The position numbers and the translations under genes were made by a program. Below the pieces are notes generated by a model. It searched no databases. It was not told the DNA's origin and saw only the letters and a list, made by a program, of their open reading frames with translations. Source: Eledone cirrhosa (taxonomy: Eukaryota). From it: a DNA stretch of 64,000 bases. The stretch covers positions 19,840,001-19,904,000 of the forward strand of contig OZ024753.1 in the NCBI GenBank assembly GCA_964016885.1. Reading direction: 5' to 3'. Below, one piece after another: positions 1 through 13,020 of the stretch (position 1 is the first letter of the stretch; the number at the start of each line of letters is the position of its first letter).

Positions 1-1622
1 TTTCGATTAAGTTATCGGACATGCAGTGACAAGCCTCACAACCGACAAAGATTCGCATTTCTCTAGAGTTCCTTAAATGAAATCTAAATTGAAAATGAGG
101 AATTATCAGGAGAGGTGCATTTAATGTGAATAAAAAATATCCATTTATAAGTGCAGTAACTACAATACCCTTAATGAGACAAATGTGAGGGGCTTCCTGA
201 TAAACTCCGTCTTTGGTATCCCAATAGGCTTCTCTGAAACTCTGCGAGTTATAGATATCTTTAAAGGACAATAAACTGAACATTTATCATACCCCACCAA
301 TAAGATTAATCTCCCCAGACTTTAACCGATACGGGCCGCATTAAAATGAAACATTCTGAACAAACTATAGCTAGAGTGATATTGCCTAGTCAACCCAATC
401 TCTGAAATAATAGACCTGTCGAAATAAGATATATCTGTATAGAAATAACGGTAACGTCCTTCTTCTCGTGTGCTAGCGGGGCACACGAGAAGAAGGGCGT
501 GATTTTTGCCTGCGGCATATCACAAGATGGGATTTTCATCTGAAGATACCGTTCCCATAATAACAAATGCATAATTTACATCATGGATTGCATAACTGAA
601 TCGTTGAAATAATTATAATGAAGAAGCGATTCATGTAACATTCATTGTTCAATGAAAAAGAGTTACTTGATTTATAATCAGCTGACTTTTATATAAGAGA
701 TATGAAGTACTCAACGGTATTTATCCGGAGTATTATAATAATAATAAACGAAAGATAGTTACTTTAGATCATCTCTATTTTATTATACATATTTCGAAGA
801 GGCAAGGCTTATGTATAACATAATGCAAAACATGTACTCGTCAGACAAAATACTTAGTAAATGTAGGTTTCTTTTGATATACTGGCGGTCAAACGAGCTG
901 GACAGATCGGTGACAACCAAGCATATGATTAGAAAAAAAACCCCAACACAGGTGATGTTACATGAGTGGGAGAAAAATACAGTTGGACTTAACATTTTTG
1001 ACATTTAAAATACGACGTATTTAGATAAATATTGACAATTAGACAGTTTATATGTTAGCTTAAAATAGATACTATACTAAAAGATATATAATTTATACCA
1101 AAGAAAAAATATTCTAGGATGCAAGAATCATATTGAAACTAAATAATAAAGAAGAAAAATAAGAAGTAAATTATCTGTTTATGTGTAATAATTTAAATTG
1201 GTATTATACGAGTGGAAAGATATTTAACAATTCTATGGCTTTTTGTTATATAACTGATATGGTTATAATGCTTTGAGATGAATTATTTAGTTCAAAAGAA
1301 GAGATGCAATTACCGTGGCCTAATTTATCCTTTCAACAATTATATTTAAGTAGGTATGATAGGAATAGAGGAAAATATTAGCTATTGGTGTAACTATGAT
1401 TATAAGAAAATATGTATGTATTATAGCCTAGTTTATCACTATTAAATGTAATGTACTTATATACTAACTAACGATAAGGTAGATGAAAACGTTATAATGA
1501 AAAATATATATATTAGTTTACTTATTTTGTCTATTCTTCTTTATTTTCTATGTAAACAAAATAAAATCGCTTATAAATAATTTTATAAAGAAATATTCCT
1601 TATTTAATTTCTTTTATAAAGC

Positions 1623-3240
1623 TTAACTAAAAACTCTATGAAAAGTTTTCGAAAACCTTTGAAGTCAAAAGCTAAAGATTTCAAATCGTTTATTAATAAT
1701 TAATTGCCTAATATAAATGATATGTAGAATTTCTGTGGTCCTAGGTCACATCCCTTAGATAGGGAAGCATTTTTATGAAGCAAAGCATTAGAAAGTTTCT
1801 GCCAAGAAAGGGAGTATTCGATATTATTATTTTTAAGTGACCAATTTTAATTCAGAGAAGGTCGTACTAAATCTTTTACCTTCTCTTTTAAACGAGTGGT
1901 GATGGCTGGACCATCTTTCTTTAAATTTGGAAGAGGTGGCACCAATTTAGTTATAGGACTTATCTTTTGTTTTAACAATTCATTTATGAACTAAATTACG
2001 ATCAAGACAGTTATTATTTAACTGGCAAAAATTACTTTCTTTACAATTACAATAACTTACATTACCATTCAATGATGCTACTCTGTGTCTATAATGCGTG
2101 AGGTTTTCATCGTCTATGCTGCTAGTGTAATCGTTGTTAATTGAAATGTTGTTTATTCCATTAGTTATTCCAAGATTACCATTATGAGTTAACTCCTTAT
2201 GATTAGTTCCGAGATTTCTATTGTTAATTTTAGCTATAATTTGGGCCATATTTTTAGTAGTCGAGTTGGAAAGTTTAATTGTGTGTCGGTTAAAGAATCT
2301 ACTATATTTATGTGGTTTTGGAAAAACATTTATTAAGAGCTTTAAAAAAAACATAAGCTAAGTTCTTCTTGATTCCTAATGATAATGGTGGACTATACCA
2401 CAAAATAGAATGGGATCGAACTCTTTTACAAAACCTATTGGTTTTATAGGAGTTACATCGACTCGAAATCGGATTTGTACTGACTCTGTGTCTTAGGTTT
2501 TGGATACCAGCATTATTAGAATTGTTATAAACTGTATGTGTGTTAGTGTTAATATCTATTGTATGTTGATCTCTATACGGGGTAATCATTTTTGTCTATG
2601 TACTCAATTTTATCAGGATAACCTGCTCTATTTAAAGCATTGTTATAGTATTTAGCCTTACTGTCGAAAATGTCTTCGTTAGCTGAGAGTCTGGAGATTA
2701 TTTGTTGAACACTGTTAACTAGGACCCTTTTAACGTGTCTAGGGTGGTTTGAATAGAAGCTATCATAATTAAGGTTTTCGTTTAATTTATGGAATGGCTA
2801 GTAAAGGCCAGAATTAAGGTTTAACGTTATGTCTAGGAGGTTGACTATTCTATTATTATTTTCTATTTCGTGTTAAAGACCATAATTATTTTTTTAAATC
2901 AGTAATTATTTTCTTTTTGTTATTAAGGGCGCTATTATTATGGTTAATTAATGCAAAAAGAGCATCATCTCGATATACTCCTCCACCAAGCTCAGGTAAC
3001 CTTCTGTAAATTGGTTATAGATAAATATTCCAGCGAGGTCAGTGACCTGAGCCAATTCCATAGATCACCATTGAAATCAATTATTGTCTTTCTAGCAGTA
3101 AGGATAATATTAATTTCATCTCTTGAAAGATCTGTATATTTTGTTGCATATGATAAGACTTTGTTAAGTAGTGCAAAAGAAATAGAAGAGTAATTGGTTA
3201 TATCTTATTGAATAAATTTGGTCTTGTTTTTATTTTCTTG
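1623..3240 (-). pseudogene. Decayed, 5'-truncated Penelope-like element (Naiad-type) RT-linker-GIY-YIG ORF
   Basis: Manual translation: GGGVYRDDAL (RT), WYSPPLS, FNRHTIKLS, YCNCKESNFCQLNNNCL, YN*IGATSSKFKERW (GIY-YIG); several stops and frameshifts; 5' end abuts (TA)n. Confidence 0.85.
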
Positions 3241-3273
<33 letters not shown>

Positions 3274-4268
3274 CATGCCCACGTGTTTCGTTTATGTGAC
3301 TGCATCATTTATATATACGTCAGTTGATAAGTTATAAAGTATCACGTGTTATACGATGTATATATTTATATCTTGTGTAAAGCTTGTGTATTGATTTGTT
3401 GAGTGTACCCCTATATTTCCCTGGTACCTAAATATTATCTATATCGACCACCTATCGTAATTAGAATATGAAAGCAAAAGTACGCAGTTCCATATTTTAA
3501 GGAGTTTTATATGTGCTTTGCTGAGTAAAGTATATTAAATGTATAATAGATAAATTTCGTATTACTAAAAGTATATTTCGTTTCATTTTATATATTTCCT
3601 CTTAAAAGGACACTGCTGTAGACAACAAAATTAGATTAAATTTTATTAAAAGATGATGTACTCATCTAGATACATTTTAGATGAAACCGCGGTTGGTGTT
3701 TTTATCCTCGCAAAATAATTAAATTTTTCTTGAATTGACCTCACATCCTCCTTTCGATATTTGCCTGATAACATTTCTATTTTCAACTAAAAATTTGCCC
3801 CTTAATTAATTAAATTCTCATACAAACAAATTATATGAAATTATATAATACTAACATGTGTGTGAGAATCAGTGTGTGAATGTATGTATGTCTGTGTGAA
3901 AGTGAGTATGTGTGTACGTGTGTGTATGTGTGTGAATGTCTGTATGTCTGTGTGTGTATGTGTGTGAATGTCTGTGAGCAAGTGAGTATGTGTGTATCTG
4001 TGTGTATTCGTATCTGCGTATGTGTGTGTGTAATTTTCAGTTTAGGTGCGTATATTTGTGTGTGTAAATCTCTGTATACGTATGTGTTTACATGTGTGAA
4101 TGTATGTGTGTGTATATGTGTGTGTGTGTATGTGTGTGTATGTGTATGTATTTCTGTGTAACATGGTAAAGAAGATAATAAATAACACAAGTATGTTTCC
4201 AAATATAAACATATTTAGTGTTCAATCTGAGAAGCCGTGTGGAAATGTTGTAAATACCCAGGGAAGTC

Positions 4269-4723
4269 AGAGGACACATTTGTGGGAACCAGTCTTCATT
4301 ATGGAAGTTAGAGGACATATTTGTGGGGAACCAGCCCTCATTATGGAAGTTAGAGGACACATTTGTGGGGAACCAGCTCTCATTATGGAAGTGAGAGGAC
4401 ATATTTGTGGGAACCAGCCCTCATTATGGAAGTTAGAGGACATATTTGGGGGAACCAACCCCCATTATGGGAGTTAGAGGACATATTTGTGGGAACCAGC
4501 CCTCATTATGGGAGTTAGAGGACATATTTGTGGGAACCAACCCTTACTATGGAAGTTAGAGGACATATTTGTGGGAACCAACCCTCATTATGGAAATTAG
4601 AGGACACATTTGTGGGAACCAGCCCTCATCATAGAAAATACAGGACACATTTGTTGGAACCAGCCCTCATTATGGAAGTGAGAGGACATATTTGAGGGAA
4701 CCAACCCTCATTGTGGAAGTTAG
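4269..4723 (+). repeat. Minisatellite, 41-bp unit, ~11 copies
   Basis: Unit AGAGGACATATTTGTGGGAACCAGCCCTCATTATGGAAGTT recurs at 4269, 4310, etc. Confidence 0.95.
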
Positions 4724-4830
4724 ATCCCGCCGAAGTTAACTTTATCTTTCATCCTTACGGGGGTCGATAAAATAAAGTACCAGTAATGCACTGCGTAATT
4801 GCTGGCCTTGTGCCAAAAGTAGAAACAATA
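4724..4830 (+). mobile_element. SINE family A, 3' part
   Basis: ttcatccttacgggggtcgataaaataaagtaccagtaatgcactg...aaagtagaaacaat shared with 7 other copies. Confidence 0.85.
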
Positions 4831-5375
4831 TATTGTCATATATGTAAGATAACCGGGTACATATAATTAATACAGATAATGGTCCTCTTTTTATCGGGTG
4901 GAATGTAACAATATTTTTGTTTCCCTTTCAATAAAAAAAGAAAACTCCAAATGTTAATATTCAGAATACATATCGTGGGTGGGTTTATCGGAAATCATGA
5001 GTGCAGGTTGGCATTCAGTTTAGAGTGTTTACTGAGTGATTTGTGGATTATTGGAGCAATATCAGCCTTATGTATGAAATATAAATAGTAATAGGAAGCA
5101 AACCAATAATTACTCTGATGACTACGATGTCTCTGGTGGGGTGCGAGAATTAATTATCACAATTTATTAATATTCAATTGAATAATGTCCCACATTAATC
5201 TGAAATGCGGAGGTTTGGAATGAGCAAAACATTGATGTAGCGTAACGTTATATCAACCATAGGTTTTAACTTTAAATATTCATTATTTACATACATTCAT
5301 ACATACATACATACACACATACATACATGCATACATACATACATACATACATACATACATACATACATACATACA

Positions 5376-5407
<32 letters not shown>

Positions 5408-5593
5408 GTTACACCTTCCAAATTTGCAAAACATTCTTGCCAAAAATATACTCGAAATTAAGAGAAAGAGATAACATACTTACATACATATACATGCATA
5501 CACATACATATATATACACATGCATATACATACATACACATACATACATATACGCATGCATACATATATACACACATACACATACATACATAC

Positions 5594-6203
5594 ATGGTGG
5601 CTGCCAACTCGTTTTCGAGTACGGCCACTACTTTATATCTATGTAGGAGAACCCCTACCGATGCGCTGGACGAGTGTGACTTTTTAGTCCAGCCAGCGTA
5701 TTGAAAACTCTGGTACAAACACTACACTTGTGACAATTATTGACACATAGTGCTGGGCCCATGGCACCATGTGACGACAAGTGCAGAGAGATCTCCAGAT
5801 ATAAAGCAATGCCTGTGCCGTGAAGCTTTTATAGTGAGCAAAGGCACTGCACAAAGCCAGTCCCACTCTCTTAACCAAGATGATATTTACCAAAAAGAAG
5901 AACAAGTCAACATCATGGGATACCATCAGGGTTGCAGGTATTATATCAGAGTTTTCCTACTCCTAGAATTCTGCCTTGACAAAGGCTAAGGGGTCATCTC
6001 TCCCGGTGATTTTGGATGGCCATTGACTCTTAAGAGCTCCTTTGCCCTTTGACAGGTTTTGTTTTTAGTCCTGCAGGATGTCCAAAGTCACCCTCCTCAC
6101 CAAGAAACCTTGGTGGGGTTGCCAGTTTAGTCGCCAACGACCCGACCATGATACAGGTTGTACTGGGATACATGTTACCAGTAGCACCAACTGGTGACCT
6201 GAC
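5594..6203 (-). mobile_element. Non-autonomous bipartite RTE-derived element (RTE 5'UTR + RTE 3' tail)
   Basis: Homologous to 31374-31891 and 49732-49925; ends gagttggcagccacc(atgt)n like the RTE fragment at 8880; contains ctaggagtaggaaaactctga, typical of RTE 5' UTRs. Confidence 0.7.
6122..6203 (-). ncRNA. Candidate HDV-like ribozyme at element 5' end
   Basis: GGTCA...CCAGT(P2) ACA ACCTGT..TGGTC(P1') GG GTCG-TTGG-CGA(P4) C TAA ACTGG(P2'). Confidence 0.5.
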
Positions 6204-6375
6204 ACATACATACATACATACATACATACATACATACATACATACATACATACATACATACATACATACATACATGCATACATACATACATACATACATA
6301 CATACATACATACATACATACATGCATGCATACATACATACATACATGCATAGACATACATACACACACATACAA

Positions 6376-8570
6376 GTTAAATGAGGATACCCTTGAGACT
6401 CCAATATAAGAAAACACCAGGAAGACACATAATTGTACGGCTACTGGTACAAAAAACTGACATTCTATCGGAGGTATCTTACTGACCTCTTCCAACAACT
6501 TCTAAAGAGATAAACACACATACCAGAATGGTTTACATTGGCACAAACATTACTGGTCTCCAAGAACAAAGACACCCGCTTGGCAAAAAACTACCGACCC
6601 ATTGCATGCCAGAACCTGATATATAAGATGTATACAGCCTGCCTGAACCTATTCCTCCAAGATCACTGTGAAAATAATAACATCATCACAGATGAACAAG
6701 CAGCTGGAAAGAAAGGTGTTTGGAGATGTGCTGAACAACTCCTAATCAATGTCGGAGGTGCGGAGGTGCGATGTCGGAGGTGCGACAACTTAGGAGTAAC
6801 ATGGTTTCAGTCTGACTGGACTACAGGAATGCTTTCGATTCTGTTCCCCACTATTGGATGATAGGGGCCCTCCGACTTGCTAAAGTCCCAGACACGATTC
6901 TCAGTGCCATAGAGAACCTACCTTATTCTTGGGCTACTATACTAAATTTAAAAACAGAGAACTAGGGCTCTATTTGACCGGATAAAATAGAATTGTATAT
7001 CCTATTTCAAGGAGACAATCTCTGTGATACTATGTATCCTGTCATTAAACCCCTTTTCTTTTCTGCTGGAGAAATGTGAAGGATACATCATCGGCTCACA
7101 GGAGGACACAAATACGAACCTAACCAATAATTTCTTTGTGGACTATCTGAAACTCTATGCCAAGAACATAGATGGGATGAAGAAAAATCTTGACCCGTTT
7201 ACAACATTCTCAAAAGAATATAGGAATGGAGTTTGGCCAAGATAAATATTCATATATGGTTGTAAAACAGGGAAAAACTACAACCCAATCTAGCAACATT
7301 GTCATCGATGGCCTAACTGTTTTATTGATATGTGATGAGGACTGCTACAGATAACTGGTGATAGATGAGAACATATCCTATAATGGTATCTGTAATAAGG
7401 AACGCTTAACCAGGGAATATTACACCCGATTAAGAAAAATATGTCATCGGAACTCTCTGCGCACAATAAAACAAGGGTCACAATGTGTTTGCTGAGCCTG
7501 TCCTAACACCAACGTTTGGAATACTCAACTAGACAGTAGACGAAATCCGAGCAATTGATGTTAGAACTCTAAAAATACTAAACAATACCGGAAACCTCCA
7601 CATCAACAGTGACATAGACCGCCTCTACTTGAAACGTAAGCAGGGAGGTAGAGGCCTAACATCAGTCTAGACAGCATGTGGGTCTCGCATCATATTCCTC
7701 CCACAACATCTACGAACCTCGAAGTGTAGGAGCATCTCTCGAGCAGGTCTATCTGCATGAAACAGATAAGATCATGAGAGTTCGGAAAGAACTCCTTAAA
7801 ATATATTCCCTGTGTGATAATCAAAAACTCACACCGAAGGAAGTTTCCCAGCAGTACCGTTGTGAATCCATGGATGAAAAACCGCATGCTTATCAGTAAA
7901 AAATAATTCATGGATATGTTGCCAGGAAGCTCCAGAGTGAGAGTAATGTAGATAAGGAAAGTAGTCTATCTTGGACCAACAACCGCTATATTGGCTCCCA
8001 CTTTGAAGGATACTCTTTTGTAATCCAAGAACAGGAAATACCTGATTTACAAAAGAGATAGGGGTGCAGGCAAAAATCTAGATGTGACAAGTGAGGACTC
8101 GGCTGAATTAACATCGAAGATGTCACCCATGTCATAAGCAGCTGTCGAAAGATGTCATCGTGGTACTATCTACTTATGAGGCATGATGTAGTGGCCAAAA
8201 AACTGTACGATGCAATCCGTAGAAAAAATAACCCCGATAATAAACACATTAAAAGCAACAGCAATATGGAAGACATCCATATACATAATATGTAAGAGTA
8301 CTGGTGGAATATTCCAGTAAAAACCCCAGTAAAATGCAGGCATAACAGACCAGATATAATGATATGGGACAGGGAAAAGAAGGCATGCAGAGTAGTGGAA
8401 GTTAGCTGACCAGCAGATGCCAATATAATATCAAAGATTAGCGAAAAGGAGAATAGTTAGGAAGAACTAATGAGAAATCTACAGATACGCCACCCTGATT
8501 ATACCTGCAGATTTATGCATGTGTTATTGGGGCACTAGGATATATTAGTAACTGCCTCAGTATACCTGCA
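6376..8570 (+). pseudogene. Decayed R4/Dong-clade non-LTR retrotransposon (RT + CCHC + RLE)
   Basis: NYRPIACQN, FQGDNLS, FFVDYLKLYA, EDVTHVISSC, RHDVVAK, HNRPDIMIWD; many stops and frameshifts. Confidence 0.9.
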
Positions 8571-8879
8571 CACACATGCATATCTACTTAGTTGATGTTG
8601 TGTAACTTCCATTGAGAGAGTCTAGTATCTATGGTAGCAACCAACTCTCTCTCTCTATTAACAAAAATTTGTGAAATTATAAAACCAGAAGAACATACAT
8701 ACATACGTACGTACGTGCATACATACATATATACATACATACACATATGTACATATACATTCATACATACATACGTATACATATATACACATATACATAC
8801 ATACGAACATACACACATACATATATACATACATACATACACATAATTCATACACAACATACATAGATAAATACATACA

Positions 8880-9460
8880 TGATGGCTGCAAACTCTGCTA
8901 AGAGTATTGCAATCGCTTGACAGATTCAGATGTGGGACGCTCGAATATGGCTTCTCCAGCCTGCTAGAGGCTTCCACTCCTTCTCACACTGACGTCAACT
9001 ATAGATCTCCCTGGCTTGAGGTCCTGCATCATGGTGCCTGTGAACCCTCACAACACTGTGGAGATCATAGTTAACTGGTTCTCTTTGAACATGGCTGCGA
9101 CTGTGGCGCCTGAGACTAGATTTTCTCAAGCAGACTTTTCCACACTCAGGGCACTTCAATTCAATGGAAACACCGATCGTTTCGAGGGGTACACCAGGGC
9201 ATTGCTTACGCACATCCCGTTTGATCTTCTCGAGCCCCCTGCGTCTGTCCTCAAAATTATGGACCCTATCATTCACCATTCCACGCCAAGTTTCTCTTTC
9301 AAGGGCTTCTATCTCCTAGTCAGCCACCATCAAACCAGTTTTTTTTCGATGAGTCCTTAACACAATCCTTGAATCGGAGCTTTGGCTTGTGAGGTGGTGT
9401 CTTACCCTTACAAAGCTACCCATCCATTCTTCAGAAGCACATACATTCTTCAGGGACACA
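8880..9460 (-). mobile_element. RTE-clade LINE 3' fragment with C2H2 zinc fingers and (ATGT)n tail
   Basis: KPKLRFKDCVKD...RETWRGMV...CPECGKVCLRKSSLRRHSRSH; 3' end gagtttgcagccatc-atgtatgta. Confidence 0.75.
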
Positions 9461-10406
9461 TCCATACATACATAATATGTATAGTGTTTTCCTAAAATTA
9501 AAACTTTAAAGGATGTGACAGTCAGGCGTTCTGTGTGTTTTTAAATAAATAATTAACTCCGTTCATGCACCACGGGATACCACGTTGGTTGATTTGCATA
9601 ACGTCGAGTGCTTTCATTTTTTGCATAATGATTTACTAACTGAAATTTCTAGTTGTTATCCATATGTGTCTGTGTGTGTGTATACATATAACCTAATATT
9701 TTCAGTCAATACTGTCTGTACAGAGATCCTCCATTGACTTAATAAAAAGATCCAAAATACAAGGAAGATACATGTAAAGATGCCTCCCTGTGCTCATGTC
9801 ACCTCTAATTCCTACATGCCATTTTGATGTAATATTTGAAATCCTTTGGTTCGTGGAGCCAAACAACCTCTTGTTTTGTTTATTTTGTTCAATATATATT
9901 ATTACAATATTCACTGTCTCCTATAGATTGTGGAATTCAAAATAACATTTAAGTGTGTAAAACATGGTAAAATTGTTATATTATTTTCCGTGTAAAGCTA
10001 GACGTGGTATTTATATAGGACTCAATAAATGCCATCTTGTCATACTAATATTTTGATTGTAACTCTTACTGGTAATTCTCATCAAATTTCTTATTTAAAT
10101 TTCTATAAAAATGACGAATCATACTTCAACACGAAACTTACATATTTAAATTAAACTTTTACTGCAGCAAGAACATATATGTTATTTTTATATTTATTTA
10201 ATCATTTACTATTTTCTACGTTCAATAATTATTTCATATATATATTTCTGAAATACTTCATTTACTAAAAGAAAAATTATTTGGGTATGACAGAAATATC
10301 TTATGCACGCGAACGATCGTTTATATATATATACACAGATATTTATGTATATACACGCACAAGCACATAAACACAGCCACTCCCACCCACCCCACACACA
10401 CATATC

Positions 10407-10487
<81 letters not shown>

Positions 10488-10527
10488 GATATTAAATAAA
10501 TGGAAACTATATTTATAAAACCATATT

Positions 10528-10592
10528 TATTTCATTATACATATTTCAGGGATACCAAATTAAAATATGGTATGCCTTCATCAGACAAAATA
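10528..10592 (-). ncRNA. Type I hammerhead ribozyme
   Basis: TATTTTGT CTGATGA AGG-C-ATACCA..TGGTAT-C-CCT GAAA TATGT ATA ATGAAATA. Confidence 0.75.
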
Positions 10593-11035
10593 CAATATAT
10601 AAACAGTTTTATAAATAATTTTGACGTACCCTATTAAATGCAACCATTATTTATGGAAGCTGTCTGGATAGTGAAATGTTTATATTATTTTATTAGTTAT
10701 AGTTTTAAGCACAATTAGAAAAAGACGGAGAGAAAGAAAAAACGGAGAGAGAGAAGGAGAGAGAAAGAAGGAGAGAGAGAAAAAGAAAACTCTTTCTTTT
10801 CTACATACATTTCTCTCTCTCTCCGATATTTCTCCAGGTTTTCTTTTTCTCTCTCTCCTTCTTTCTCTCTCCTTCTCTCTCTCCGTTTTTTCTTTCTCTC
10901 CGTCTTTTTCTAATTGTGCTTAACACTATAACTAATAAAATAATATAAACATTTCACTATCCAGACAGCTTCCATAAATAATGGTTGCATTTAATAGGGT
11001 ACGTCAAAATTATTTATAAAACTGTTTATATATTG

Positions 11036-11100
11036 TATTTTGTCTGATGAAGGCATACCATATTTTAATTTGGTATCCTTGAAATATGTATAATGAAATA
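11036..11100 (+). ncRNA. Type I hammerhead ribozyme (inverted copy)
   Basis: CTGATGA at 11044, GAAA at 11081, stem I TATTTTGT/ATGAAATA. Confidence 0.75.
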
Positions 11101-11254
11101 AATATGGTTTTATAAATATAGTTTCCATTTATTTGATATCGTATATCTACTCCAAAAACTTGTCGAGTGCTTTATATCAGTTATAAAATATTTACTTGTT
11201 GTATCCCAACAATTTTAAATAGAACTTTTGCATATTGTCTGATGAAGGCATACC

Positions 11255-11310
<56 letters not shown>

Positions 11311-11503
11311 CAAAGGAATTGTGATAATGAACCAGATGGACCACAACGCACCAGAGTACTCAATACTTAGGGTAGTAGAGTAGGAAATAGGAAAAATTAT
11401 GACCCCGACAGCAGAGCTCAAGCCGTTTTAACGACTATTTCTGGACTGCTGTCGAAACGGCTTAAGCTCGGCCGTCAGGACATACTTTTTTCGTATATAT
11501 ATA

Positions 11504-11540
<37 letters not shown>

Positions 11541-11547
11541 TATATAT

Positions 11548-12690
11548 TGTTATACTTGGGGAGCGTCATATTTGTGTAATGTTGCCAGAATTAATAACAG
11601 AACACATTCACTGTTTGGTTGGTTTTCGCTTTTCGCTTCTGTGTCTTTTATATCGGTCCTCAATGTTGTCATTGACTTACCAACGGTCAACAATACAGAT
11701 ACAATATAGACACAAACACATATATATAGTTTATCAAAGTTCTTTCGTTGCGCATCTGCAACATCGTCAGTGGTGCTATTGTTTCCTCCCATTTTCTACG
11801 CCATCTTTATTTAGTCTGTTTATATATTTATTTATTTGTTTATTTTGTTTTGTCTTCTTTGCGCATGCGTTGGTGTGTGTGTATAGTGTTTTGTTTGATG
11901 TGTGTTCGTGATTGGGTGACTGTGTATTGGTTAATGTATTATATCTTTACTAGTGTGTGTTTATATGTGTTTGTTGTTATTGTGCTTGTGTATTTATTTA
12001 TTTATTTATTTATTTATACTTCTCTTAGGTCAGTATTGTTTGTGTGGGTGTTGTTGTTATTCCATTCATTCTTTCTGTTTAGCCTTGGTCTTCTTAGTTC
12101 TATTTCACCGGCCTCTCTGATTTGCCTATATGCTGGGTCATTTCTATGTTTAGATATTATTCTGATTTCTATGTTGTCTATGTTACCGTCGTGTTGTTGT
12201 CTGGCATGTTCGTATAGTGCTGAACCGTTTTTTCGTCCTTTTAATTCCCGCCAGTGTTGGTCTATCCTTTCACCTATGCCACGAGCTGTCTCACCTATGT
12301 ATGTTGTTGTCATGTTTCTGAAAGTACCCTCTGTACATCTTATGCTATAGAGTACGTTTCTAGTTTTACAGTTTATCCGGGGGTTTACCTTACATATGAT
12401 ACATTTCCTATTAGTACAGTGCGTTTTCGTAAAAGGGTAGGTTTTGCTGATCATGGATTTTATGGTGGTTCCTGGCTTTTCTACCACCTTAATCTTTAAG
12501 TGGGTCTTTCTCATGGCCTTTCTACACTGGTTAGCTGATTTCTCTCCAGGACATGACACTCTGGTATCTCTGTGAGTGTGTTCTGTTATTAATTCTGGCA
12601 ATATTACACAAATATGACCCTCCCCAAGTATAACAATATTTGTTTCGACACACGATTTCATATCAAAAACCTCGCAAAACTAATTCATCC
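11548..12690 (-). mobile_element. Penelope-like element (Neptune-type) 3' fragment: GIY-YIG, 3'UTR hammerhead, inverted terminal copy
   Basis: CTNRKCIIC...CKTRNVLYSIRC...YIGETARGIGERIDQH...SALYEH; 11548-11612 is inverted at 12573-12637. Confidence 0.85.
11733..11774 (-). ncRNA. Type I hammerhead, 3'UTR of Neptune-type element
   Basis: ACCA CTGACGA T GTTGC-AGATGC-GCAAC GAAAG AA CTT TGAT. Confidence 0.65.
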
Positions 12691-12972
12691 CCGCCGAGGT
12701 TAACTTTGCCTTTCATCCCTACGGGGTCGATAAAATAAAGTACCAGTAATACACTGGGATAATTTCTGGCCTTGTGCCAAAAGTAGAAACAGTTATATAT
12801 ATATATATAATTGTTTCTACTTTAGGCACAAGGCCAGCAATTACCCAGTGCATTACTGGTACTTTATTTTATCGACACCGTAGGGATGAAAGGCAAAGTC
12901 AACCTCGGCGGGATTTGAACTCAGATCGTAAAGGGACATAACTATGCTGGAAATCATGGCGTTCGACCCTCT

Positions 12973-12978
<6 letters not shown>
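12688..12978. mobile_element. Two SINE A copies tail-to-tail around (TA)n (12688-12793 +, 12809-12978 -)
   Basis: Same SINE body on both strands; B box GAGTTCAAATC in the minus copy. Confidence 0.85.

Positions 12979-13020
<42 letters not shown>

Larger units (their letters stand above)
10483..11146. mobile_element. Non-coding fold-back element, ~305-bp inverted arms, each with a hammerhead
   Basis: 10483-10790 is the reverse complement of 10838-11146; left end in (TA)n. Confidence 0.9.

Noticed and set aside
1-112. Possible minus-strand hammerhead (CTGATAA...CGAAA) at the 3' end of the first Naiad
   Set aside because: Core mismatch, no convincing stem II, and the rest lies outside the window
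520-660. Possible SECIS (ATGAA...TGAT hairpin, minus strand)
   Set aside because: No apical AA at the right spacing, and ~1 kb from the stop codon
4269-4723. CRISPR-like array
   Set aside because: Contiguous 41-bp units with no unique spacers, eukaryotic context, no cas genes
8995-9279. Host C2H2 zinc-finger gene
   Set aside because: Continuous with RTE C-terminal motifs, contains stops, and ends in an RTE tail
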